NCBI GenBank assembly: GCA_951406725.2
Contig: OX597821.1
Location: forward strand, 53,196,001 to 53,260,000
Origin: Octopus vulgaris
Lineage: Eukaryota
DNA: 64,000 nucleotides
Reading direction: 5' to 3'
Positions 1-10,370 of the stretch are shown here, in pieces. Numbering within the stretch: the first letter of the stretch is position 1; every line of letters begins with the position of its first letter. Made by a program: the position numbers and the translations under genes. The notes under the pieces were generated by a model. The model was not told the DNA's origin. It was given only the letters and a program-made list of their open reading frames with translations, and ran no database searches.

Positions 1-1011
1 AAACGACATAAACGACACTCCCTTGTTTATACCTAACATTCACTATATAACAGATGGATGAACAGGGAGCGGCACCAGCTTTGGACTGGTACGCATACGG
101 GAAAAGACGTACATTGATCACGTATGCAACGCGCAACCTAATCTACCAATCAAATGCATGATCATGTCTTCGTGAGCTCATTATCATTAGCACTAGGTCT
201 CTCTCTGCCTCTGTCTGTGTTACTTTCACATGTACACGTGCGCGCCAGCTTGCACGTAAGTACAGATTCACGTAAACACATACATATGTACACACTCACA
301 TACATATTTGCACACACTTACCAGAACACATTTTCAAGCAGTGTTTCATAATGTTCAATCATAGGTATGAACAGACAAACGTACATTATTTAAGAACCCT
401 AACCTTGATCACATCTGTAATATAATTTAACTACCTACAGGGAATTGGAGAAACTTTTGTTGATAAAATAACACGTGCTCACAAGCGTCTCACTCAAGTG
501 GGAGATATCTAATTAGACATTACATATTTCCTGTTGCCGAAGAATCACGAGAATTACAACAAAGCGAAAATTCAATGGGTAATACAGATAGTTAATCGAT
601 TTACTAGCATATAGTAATTACGTAACAAATGTGTTACAAGATGATTAGTTAATGGTTGTCGAAGTAAACCACGCTGACAACAGAATTTTGTACACAAAAG
701 AATATAATTGAAAAAAAAAACAAATGAAATTATGAAAATGAAACATTACAAAATTGTTCTTAATTTACAAAAGTTTTGTTGAAATGAATTATCCTCGAAA
801 AGCAACTTGATTGGCAAATTACTCTAATGTTTTAACAGCCTTCTTATTAACAGTGTTTCAATAAAATACTTCAGTTTCAATGTTATCTTAGTGTGTTGTG
901 AAATGGAAAGCAGATAATTCGAGCTGCCTGTAATTTTGCGAATCATACACTTACACCTGTCTGTTTGTCTGTGTCTGTCTGTCTGTCAGTCAGTCTGTCT
1001 GTGTGTGTACG

Positions 1012-1886
1012 TGTGAGAGAGAAAGTGGGTGATTGTATTTCCTCAAAACATATACAGAAATGGATGTCTTTTAAGGTACACACTCATGCAGAAAATGTGA
1101 CGTCGTCATCGTCGTGGTATGAAATGTCGTTTAGGATAGTTGAAATATAGAAATATTATCATGTTAAACTTTTGTAATGCAAATATGTAAATGAAAATGA
1201 ATTCTATCTTTTAGCTGAAAGATTAATGAATCCTTTGATATCCCATACGTCAAAATCAGCAACTAAGTTTTCGAATGTGTTTGTTAATTTCCGTAATTTA
1301 AAAAACATTTCTTTATGCTTTGGAGAGAGCAGAAATTGAAAGAGCGGAGAAAGTGAAAGATCAATTCACGTGTATATGAAATGGACGTGTTGAGTGTGTG
1401 TGTGCGTGCATGTGTGCGTGTGCGTATGTGTGTGAGAGAGAGAGAGAGAAGAAGAAAGAAAGTGAGTGAGTGAAGGTGTGCGCTGTCAGGTGTGTACTTT
1501 TTGCACATATGTGTAAGTCTCTTTCTCTTTCCCTCTCTGTCACACACACACACATCTTACATTTCATATACATAAATACATATGCATACGTCTTTTTTGT
1601 ACATATGTGTGCGTGTGCATGTGCATGAGAGAGTGAGTGACTGTCTTTCGTCATAACATATAGAGAAATGGACATATTTTAAGGTACATACACACAAAGA
1701 AAATGTGTCGTCAACGTCGTTATCGTCCTGGTATAAAATGTTTACGATGGTTGACTTATAGAAAAGATTATAATGGAAAGTTTTTGTAATGCAAATACGT
1801 AAAAGAAAAAGTCAGTTTGGTAGTCGGAGGATTACTGAACATTTTGATAGCCCGTACGTCAAAATCTGCAACTCAGTTTTCGAATG
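1012..1886 (+). repeat. Diverged direct duplication of a ~260-bp unit (1012-1277 and 1626-1886)
   Basis: Colinear shared blocks: aacatat.cagaaatgga, tttaaggtaca, agaaaatgtg.cgtc, ttttgtaatgcaaata.gtaaa, tacgtcaaaatc.gcaact.agttttcgaatg. The copies are separated by microsatellite-rich DNA. Confidence 0.8.
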
Positions 1887-2379
1887 CATGATGAAGATAC
1901 ACACACACACACACACACACACACATACGAACTCTCTCTATATATATGTAAGACGGGGTGCTATTTATCTATGGAAGAAAAGGAAAGATATATATACGTT
2001 GGTAAATTTTAATATGTCTGAATACTGGGATGTCAAATCAAATATAAAAACACTTTACCGTTCACTTGTTTAACATCTGTTGTTTCACATATTGTAAAAC
2101 TTTTGACTGAGCATACGACAGTTAATTCTCTAAACCACATGCGTTAAGTGATAGGGAGAAATGAAAGAACAAAGTATTAAAATTAGCTTTTCCCTTCATT
2201 AAACACACTCTGTCTCTCCCAATCTACGTCTGTCGGCCGTTCTCTTTGTCTGTCTCTCACATTCCCTGTCTGTCTATCTCTTCCTGTCTACTCTCCATCG
2301 CTGATAACATCAACCCTCATTAGGGTACATTTCCCTGAACCTAACACTCTTGCACACCTCTCATTTTATCCTATAATAG

Positions 2380-2544
2380 ACCAACCCACGTAGTCGGTTC
2401 ATTATCGATTCAATTAAACTATAATTGATCGGGATGTTAGATCAACACGTATACGAAGTGTGGTGAAGATTAGTTTGCTGGTTTGGGCAAAAAGACGGTA
2501 ACAGACAGACGGACAAATAGAAATTGACATTTATACATAAAGAT
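2380..2544 (+). mobile_element. Possible non-autonomous Helitron/Helentron (DINE-1/Lep1-like) terminal remnant
   Basis: Ends gaagtgtggtgaagattagtttgctggtttggg...acagacagacggacaaatagaaattgacatttatacataaagat. The ACAG/ACGG microsatellite followed by catttata..agat resembles DINE-1/Lep1-type ends. Recognition by eye only. Confidence 0.35.
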
Positions 2545-2635
2545 ATGCACCCTTACATACAATATATATGAACATTTACATACACACACACACATATATA
2601 TATATATATACACATATACATGTATATATATGTAC

Positions 2636-2681
<46 letters not shown>

Positions 2682-2691
2682 TATATAGAAG

Positions 2692-2744
2692 GAGCTTCTA
2701 CAGGACTAGAACTGTTTCATTCAAGAGAAATCTTCAGGAAGCTC
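2692..2744 (-). ncRNA. Type I hammerhead ribozyme, essentially complete
   Basis: Minus strand reads GAGCTTC-CTGAAGA-TTTC TCTT GAAT-GAAA-CAG TTCTAGTC CTG-TA-GAAGCTC. Perfect 7-bp stem I, intact CUGANGA and GAAA cores, stem III, GUA cleavage triplet. One U-U mismatch at the base of stem II. AATAAA follows about 10 nt downstream. Embedded in (TA)n. Confidence 0.8.
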
Positions 2745-2854
2745 ATATATATATATATATAAATATATACATATATACTTATATATATACATATTTACTT
2801 ATGTACATATAAATATACATATATATATATACATGTCTATATATGCACATATAC

Positions 2855-2916
<62 letters not shown>

Positions 2917-2954
2917 GTATACTTGTATATATAAGTATGTATATGTACATATCC

Positions 2955-3262
2955 TTTGTGGCTTGCGCATTCGGCTCACGATCGTTAGTTAGTGTGTTCA
3001 ATTACCGGCAAGGCGTTGTATCCTTGAGCCAGACACTTTATTTCACGTTGCTCTTGTCCACTCAGCAGCCAAAAAGGAGTAGTACCCGTATTTCAAAGGG
3101 TCAGTCCTCTAACACTCTGTGTCACATTGAATCTGCCTAAGAACAACGTTAGGGGTATACATGTCTTTGAAATGCTCAGTCACTTGCACGTTAATTTCAC
3201 GAGAAAGGTTTCCCTTGATCGTATGAGCTGGAACCCACGTCGGCGCAACTGACAGAGTGCTC
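2955..3262 (+). mobile_element. Old tRNA-like SINE (family C); related remnants at ~15685-15820, 21170-21445 and 56030-56170
   Basis: B-box-like gtgttcaattacc followed by the core gcgttgtatccttgagccagacactttatttcacgttgctc. Degenerate versions of this core recur at the other three loci. Confidence 0.6.
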
Positions 3263-3366
3263 CTTCTTATATATACATATATATAGTAGCATATATATAT
3301 ATATGTATATATATATATGTAGGTATATGTATGTATGTATATATATATATGTAGCTATATGTATAT

Positions 3367-3463
<97 letters not shown>

Positions 3464-3651
3464 TGTATACTTATATATATATATATATATATGTATGTAT
3501 ATATGTATGTATGTATACATATATATATATATGTATACTGCTATTTAGCCCCAAGAAACATCGTTTCTATCTGGGTATACGATACAAACGCATTGTCTCG
3601 TTATGTTTTCGAACAGGGGAGATTAGCACTCCACCCAGAAAAGCCCAGTAA

Positions 3652-3693
3652 CCAAGGATTAGTATCAGGGTTTATTGCCCCTTATCAGCTTAG
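3652..3693 (-). ncRNA. Degenerate minimal type I hammerhead ribozyme
   Basis: Minus strand reads CTAAG-CTGATAA-GGGG CAATAAA CCCT-GATA-CTAA-TC-CTTGG. Stems I and II pair. The core has G8A and GAAA>GATA lesions, so it is probably inactive. Confidence 0.55.
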
Positions 3694-3900
3694 GGTAGCT
3701 TGACTCTGCTAGATGTCGATGCTAATCTGCTGTCAAAAACTTATAGATTTTAAAGTGAAAAACTTTCACTGATCTACAGAAGCAGAAATATTACATTTTT
3801 AAATCTTGGGACTAAATAAGAATAACATACCGCTCTTTCTTGGGACTGACAGATTATGTTAGCAACAAGCTACTACTAGCTACTCACGTGTTGTGACTAC

Positions 3901-3990
3901 TTCGTCAACCAAATCGCCCCCAGGACTTATTCTTTGTGAGCCTAGTACTTATTGTATCGGCTTTTTGCCAAACGCTTTGCCAAGTTACAG
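3901..3990 (-). mobile_element. 3' body fragment of SINE family A fused to a 5S head
   Basis: Minus strand gtaacttggcaaagcgtttggcaaaaagccgatacaataagtactaggctcacaaagaataagtcctgg matches the 3' half of the SINE at 8634-9040. Confidence 0.8.
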
Positions 3991-3995
3991 AGACT

Positions 3996-4084
3996 AGCGG
4001 TCATCCATCGAAGTACAAACTGGGTTTGACGTTGCTTAACTTCGGTGATCGGACGAAAACCGGTGTTTTCAACGGGATATGGCC
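3996..4084 (-). pseudogene. 5S rRNA-derived sequence (about nt 7-95, 3'-truncated)
   Basis: Minus strand ggccatatcccgttgaaaacaccggttttcgtccgatcaccgaagttaagcaacgtcaaacccagtttgtacttcgatggatgaccgct matches metazoan 5S rRNA, including box A and box C. Confidence 0.9.
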
Positions 4085-4180
4085 ATATATATATATATAT
4101 ATATACATATACACGCATGTACGTGTATGTACAAATAGACTGACCTACGGACGCATATGCATGTATACCATTCATGATTT

Positions 4181-4220
<40 letters not shown>

Positions 4221-4719
4221 CACAATCATGAATGATAGACATAATTAATGAGATAAACATCAGATTTATTCATGAATAAGTAACGAGACAGATAAAAAGA
4301 ATTGTTACCTATTTTCAAATATATCATTCGATATTCAGAAACTACGTTATATTTATGAGTGTATGAAATATACGTTAAATTGAGAAAACAAACTGTCACC
4401 ACTTCATCTCTACCACGTAGTGGTGATGAACTCGGTATTATGTGGTTGGGACACAAATTTCTCACCACTTTGCCACGCATGTATTACTATATTTAATTCT
4501 TTTCGTTATTTACGTTGGTGATTTGGCAATTTATTGCCATATATAAAAAGAAAGAGATTACTAGGTTTTCTTAGGAAACATTATACATATGCATCTCCAA
4601 TACCGTTATGATACTGTAAATGTTAGAAGGATTTAGTAAGGAACGAAATGGGAGTTATGAAGTAGTTCACTGAGGGTGTTGTGATATAGACTTAAAGGTA
4701 GATACACGATGTATCTTCT

Positions 4720-4870
4720 AATTCTTTCCGCTTCTATCTACCAAAGCCACTGACAAGGCTTGGATCGGCCTTAGGCTATAATAGAAATGTGCTGCAGAGT
4801 GAGTTTGAACGCGGAACTATGTGGTCGAGAAGCAAACCTCTTACAGTACTGTCACCCCTGTATCCACGCC
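4720..4870 (-). mobile_element. Degenerate 5' half of SINE family A
   Basis: ctaccaaagccactgacaaggcttggatcggcc...ggaactatgtggtcgagaagcaaac is a diverged reverse complement of the family A head and core. Confidence 0.65.
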
Positions 4871-5499
4871 TATATTTGCAAATGGTTATTGAATATTATA
4901 AATCAGACATCATGCTTTCCGAACTGGTGAAAGAATACAGAAACATGAAATGTTGCTAATAATGAAACTTCACAAGCATGAACTCACTCCTGGTCTATAA
5001 TTTTAATGAATCTCAGGTTTCAAACTTATATAACTAAAGAGTAATTGATATTCTAATCACGAACACTGATTTGATACTGAGATAAATTACTGTTTAAAAT
5101 GTCCTTTAGTTGAATGAAAGATGTAAAGCGATGATAGTAGATACAATTAAGAAATTTCAAAATTAAGCAACAAATTTTCTAAACAAGATAAATAACGCAA
5201 CACACATTTGACTTACTCATTTGCGGTAACAAACAAAATCGCTTCCTCGTGTTTTTAGCGCCCAAACAAAGGGGAAAATATTAAGTTCTCAAACTGGGGA
5301 AAACTTAAGGACACAGAATACTTGTGTCGCGTAGCCAACTAGAAACGTTGTTTCTTGGGACTAAATAACAGCAACATCCGTTCCGTTTCCTGGGACTCCC
5401 ACATTAAGTTTGCAACCAACCGTCACTTTATCGTGCTGTTACTGCATAACTCTGACTGAGAAATTTAGACATGTGATATTTCTATTATTAACATTATTG

Positions 5500-5720
5500 T
5501 ATTGAAACTCACAGCGTATTTCACTGGGTATGATGGAAACTGTCAGCTGTCTACAGCCAGCAGGATAAGGTGACACTTGTTTTACTGGTCATGTTTCAAG
5601 AAACCTGCGAAGAATTCTTGCAGTTCCAAGCAATGCTGATTTTTCTAAATGTTCTTCCTTCACACTTGCACCGATCTTTTTCAGCCATGTTAGTAGTTGA
5701 GTGCTGATACTTCCAAGTGC
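5500..5720 (-). mobile_element. 3' end of an R4/Dong-clade (RLE) non-LTR retrotransposon
   Basis: Minus 5720-5589 translates ALGSISTQLLTWLKKIGASVKEEHLEKSALLGTARILRRFLET*, the typical R4/Dong C-terminus, followed by a short 3' UTR. Confidence 0.8.
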
Positions 5721-6257
5721 AGACAGTGGCTCTCATGGCTTCTGATCTTAACTGATTGGAAGTGTTATCATGTACATTGCCTTGTTTTGGTATAAAAGAT
5801 GGGGTACAGCAAATATTCTGCTCAATACCACAGATTTGCTTGTCAGTTGTTTGACTTTAACCAGTTGACCATGTCCCTATGTGGCTGACGATATGTGCAT
5901 CTCTGATCATGAACATAAGTAGTGGGGGAGCATCATAGCCGTGTGTTGAAAGGAATTATTAGATGCTTGGATAATTCACCTCTGGAAACATTAGTGGTTC
6001 GCTCAACATCCTTAAACAATCCTTATTCAGGGACGGTTTGAGCGGTATGGGCTACTCCACCAGAAGAAAATACTAACTGGGCCCCACCTGCAAGTTTATG
6101 CGCTGTTTATCTTGATATGAGATCACCATGTCACGCACATATGGTTGTGATGCATGTGCCTAGTGTACCCTTATCAGACAGGTAGTCATGATGGGTATAC
6201 TGGGCTTCGTATATTTTCCCCAGTGTCACTTTGATGGTATGCACTGCTCTCTCACTC
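5721..6257 (+). mobile_element. Non-coding interspersed repeat ending in an (AAT)n tail (probable LINE 3' UTR or SINE)
   Basis: Higher-GC block ending gcactgctctctcactc directly into (AAT)24. It abuts the R4 fragment on its left. Family assignment is inferred. Confidence 0.45.

Positions 6258-6329
<72 letters not shown>
6258..6329. repeat. (AAT)24 microsatellite
   Basis: Perfect trinucleotide run; it produces the poly-Leu in ORF 6131..6607. Confidence 0.98.
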
Positions 6330-6970
6330 CTTTTTAACTCAGGTTTTGCTGGAACACCTGGTGTCTTGCAAGCGCAGTAGGCTTGATACCTGCTGTGTAC
6401 GGTACCATGCTCTCTGTTCTTTTTAGCTAATACTTTCCTGATTATTCTGGCCGTGTCATGGAGGTAAACATTTGGTAACACTTCTACTGAGAAACCTGTT
6501 CCTATTTCCTTTACATTCCCCTTGATTCCTTTACCGGAATCCTTTTGGTAAAGAACCATTTTCTCTCTCGTAATCCTCTTTGGGATTTCCACACCGTCGT
6601 TGATCATTTCATCGATTTGCGTAGCTATTCTTTCGCGTAAGGCTTGTAACTTATTCAGCCAGTACTTTTGTACTCCATCCGGGTCTTATATCTATTTTGG
6701 AACCTTAGTTATCTCCTCGGTTACCATTTCAGTTGTTATTCCTAAAATGTTCTGCTTCACTTCATTTTCTCTTATTTTAATTCAACCATTCAGCATTTTT
6801 CATATGATTCATTCATTTTCCCAGATGTTACTCCAGAACATCCTACTTTCTTCAGCATCAGATTTCTCATTTCTGTAAACCTTTCCGTTTAGCTGCTAGT
6901 AAACCCTAGGATCCTACTGGAAAAATTTAACCATTTGGTATTGTCCATTTCTTTGATCCTATACAGATAT
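6330..6970 (-). mobile_element. Internally deleted R4/Dong-clade LINE
   Basis: Minus strand shows DAEESRMFWSNIWENE, DPDGVQKYWLNKLQALRERIATQ and EIPKRITREKMVLYQKDSGKG (start of RT) joined directly to the C-terminal TARIIRKVL, then a 3' UTR running into the TAA repeat. Confidence 0.8.
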
Positions 6971-8633
6971 ATATTGACAGTGCCAAGAGAGGCGCTGGTG
7001 TCACAATTAGCCATATAGTTTATTCATAAATATAAAGTATATATTAGCGACAGGGGTAGTATTAATACAGAGAGGTGAAATTTATCACCACGTAACCGCA
7101 TTTGTTGTATTAGAACAAACTTTACTGCAGCAGTTTCCATGAGAGATACTCACATATTGGCTTTCTGAAAAAGAAATAGTTTGAGAAAATTTGATTCTGT
7201 ATATTTGTAGGGTTTTATATTTGTTATTTCATGGGGAAGAACCAGAAATTAAATAATGCTGGTCCCGGCTTTGGTCTCCCGAAGGTATGCCAATGGAAGA
7301 CAATAACAAAACGGCACCAAGTTGAGTTGCCTGCATTAAAAATATCTGCAAGAGTCGCGCTTTAAAATCAATCCTCTGAAGAGAAAAAATAATGTCAAAT
7401 ATTACATTAAACTTAGACAAAAGGAAACTAGCTGCAATTTCAGAGACATATTGTCTGGTTGCTAACGGCGAAAGTCTTTAAAACACACCTTCGCTACAGA
7501 GATAACAGTTACAATTTACAAAATTCACAACCGAAAAAAAGAACGAACTTCAGAAAAAGTCTATGTAAGGAACATAGAATACCTTACACCCGTGGGTTTA
7601 TAAAAAACATGTCACTAATTAGTATTTTTCTCGTTTTAATCATTTTGAAAATGATTGCAAAGATAAAGTTTAGTGGAAGCTAGAGCCTTATAGAATATTT
7701 CAAGTTATTTCACATTGATTAAGCGATTGCCTCCTTTCATTAAGAAATTGATAAAATTCTTTATTTGATTGAGTGCATTGATTCTATTCTTTCTTCAATG
7801 TCTTTTAACTGAAATACAAAAATCCATTTCACATAAAATTGAAAACAAACAAGCAGCTTGCCAATAGATTCAAAACGGAGAACAAAACAAAAAACCCGTT
7901 AAAACATAAAAAGCAAATAGAAATGTTGTGCTTTGTGTAACAGGTCAGACCATATAGGCAATTTATGGAAAAGTCACGTGGTTACCACTTGATAGAAACG
8001 GTATAAATAGGAGACGGAAAACAGCAAAAAGCAAAGAAAAAAAATAGTACAAACTGAGATTTATAAACTTTACAGAAGTTTTATTTTGACACATATTTTG
8101 AAAATAAATAAACAAGTCAAGAATGTTCAAATATAAAATGAAAATAAGGAAATAAGAGTATTGATCTTTGCATATAAGTAGGAGGTCAACGTTGAAGAAA
8201 AGATTAGAGAGTGTATGAGATCGCACACGTGTAAGACTGTTGCTTGTATTGTTTAATAAAGCCACTGACTTATGGAGAATTTAGTGAACAACGTGTCAGA
8301 AATTGCACACATATTCCCTCACACTTCTACATAAAATCTGAGCGATTTGTGAGAGAAATCAATGGCAGCTCTTCATCGCTATCTTCAACGTCGATATCAG
8401 AAATTACAAATGATAATAATAATGATAATGAGGAAGCGGAGGAGAAAGATGACTATGATAACGGCTACGACGACAATGGCGACAATGACGACGATGGCGA
8501 TAATGATGATGAACTTATAAATCAATTTACTATGCCAATACATTGTTGATGTCATATATTATATAGTTCCTACTTAATGTAACGCTGTTGCAAACTACCT
8601 AACAAATACTTATAAGTAATAAATAAATAGATA

Positions 8634-9040
8634 GGCGCAGGAGTGGCTGTGTGGTAAGTAGCTTGCTAACCAACCACATGGTTCCGGGTTCAGTCCCACT
8701 GCGTGGCATCTTGGGCAAGTGTCTTCTGCTATAGCCCCGGGCCGACCAATGCCTTGTGAGTGGATTTGGTAGACGGAAACTGAAAGAAGCCTGTCGTATA
8801 TATGTATATATATGTATGTGTGTGTTTGTGTGTCTGTGTTTGACCCCCTAGCATCGCTTGAAAACCGATGCTGGTGTGTTTACGTCCCCGTCACTTAGCG
8901 GTTCGGCAAGAAGAGACCGATAGAATAAGTACTAGGCTTACAAAGAATAAGTCCCGGGGTCGAGTTTCCTCGATTAAAGGCGGTGCTCCAGCATGGCCGC
9001 AGTCAAATGACTGAAACAAGTAAAAGAGAAAAGAGAAAAG
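8634..9040 (+). mobile_element. Full-length tRNA-derived CORE-like SINE (family A, resembles octopus OR-type SINEs)
   Basis: A box tggctgtgtgg, B box ggttcagtccc, core gcatcttgggcaagtgtctt, internal TA/TG microsatellite, tail ggcggtgctccagcatggccgcagtcaaatgactgaaacaagtaaaagag. Multiple copies in the window. Confidence 0.9.
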
Positions 9041-9170
9041 AGATAAATAAATGAACCTTGATTTATTGTCATTGAAACAGAAGGAAAATCGAGCAATGTG
9101 AAGACGTGTGAGTGATCTGCAACGTTAAACGAAGAACTGTGTGCTGTGAACGAAACAAAGAAAATAGTTA

Positions 9171-9582
9171 CTCTTTTACTTGCTTCAGTCATTTGACTGC
9201 GGCCATGCTGGAGCACCGCCTTTAATCGAGCAACTCGACCCCGGGACTTATTCTTTTTTGTAAGCCCTGTACTTTTTCTATCGGTCACTTTTGCCGAACC
9301 GCTAAGTTACGGGGACATAAACACACCAGCATCGGTTGTCAAGCAATGCTAGGGGGACAAACACAGACACACAAGCACAGACACGCATGTATATATATAT
9401 ATATATATATACATATATACGACGGGCTTCTTTCAGTTTCCGTCTACCAAATCCACTTACAAGGCTTTGGTCGGCCCGAAGCTATAGTAGAAGACACTTA
9501 CCCAAGGTGCCACGCAGTGGGACTGAACCCGGAACCATGTGGTTGGTAAACAAGCTACTTACCACACAGCCACTCCTGCGCC
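9171..9582 (-). mobile_element. Full-length SINE family A, inverted relative to 8634-9040
   Basis: Reverse complement of the family A sequence over its whole length. Confidence 0.9.
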
Positions 9583-9769
9583 TTAATATATTTTTAAATA
9601 ATTTTTTTTTTCTCCTCTCCAGAATATAATTTCTTTGGATGCAGCAGATGATGTAGTTCCACTCATCAATGTTAAATCTTTATACAGTGTTGAGTCACCT
9701 ATGTATGACTTGATAAGGGAGAGAGAGACTGAAGCATTTTAATTGGTTGAAAATATTAACTGCATCGTC

Positions 9770-10370
9770 TTATTTTTTTACTACCCAGGAGGGTCTACAC
9801 AGAGAGGGGACAAACAAGGACAGACAAACGGATTAAGTCGATTATGGCGACCCCAGTGCGTAACTGGTACTTATTTAATCGATGCCGACCGGATGAAAGG
9901 CTAAGTCGACCTCGGCGGAATTTGAATTCAGAACGTAGCGGCAAATGAACTACCTATTTCTTTACTACCCACAAGGGGCTAAACATAGAGGGGACAAACA
10001 AGGACAGACATATGTATTAAGTCGATTACATCGACCCTAGTGTGTAACTGGTACTTAATTTTCGACCCCGAAAGGATGAAAGGCTAAGTCGACCTCGGCG
10101 GAATTTGAATTCAGAACGTAGCGGCAGACGAAATACCTATTTCTTTACTACTCACAAGGGGCTAAGCATAGAGGGGACAAACAAGGACATACATAGGTAT
10201 TAAGTCGATTACATCGACCCCAGTGTGTAACTGGTACTTAATTTATCGACTCCGAAAGGATGAAAGACTAAGTCGACCTCGGTGGAATTTGAATTCAGAA
10301 CGTAGCGGCAGACGAAATACCGCTAAGCATTTTGCCCGGTGTGCTAACGATTCTGCCAGCTCGTCGCCTT
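9770..10370 (-). mobile_element. Trimeric tRNA-derived SINE (family B, Meta-domain-like) with a 16-bp TSD
   Basis: One head plus three ~183-bp bodies containing gtcgacttagcctttcatcctttcggggtcga..agtaccag. TSD tattaactgcatcgtc at 9754-9769 and 10371-10386. Confidence 0.9.

Noticed and set aside
6160-6210. Minus-strand ctgataaggg as a hammerhead core
   Set aside because: No GAAA, stem II or stem I follows.
8244-8549. Asp/Asn-rich ORF
   Set aside because: It derives from a degenerate GAT/GAC/AAT repeat, has no recognisable domain and no convincing splice context.
8634-8710. SINE heads as tRNA genes
   Set aside because: A and B boxes are present but each continues into a SINE body with no acceptor stem or terminator.
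9770-10370. Regularly spaced repeats as a CRISPR-like array
   Set aside because: The units are whole SINE bodies with no unique spacers, in a eukaryotic context.
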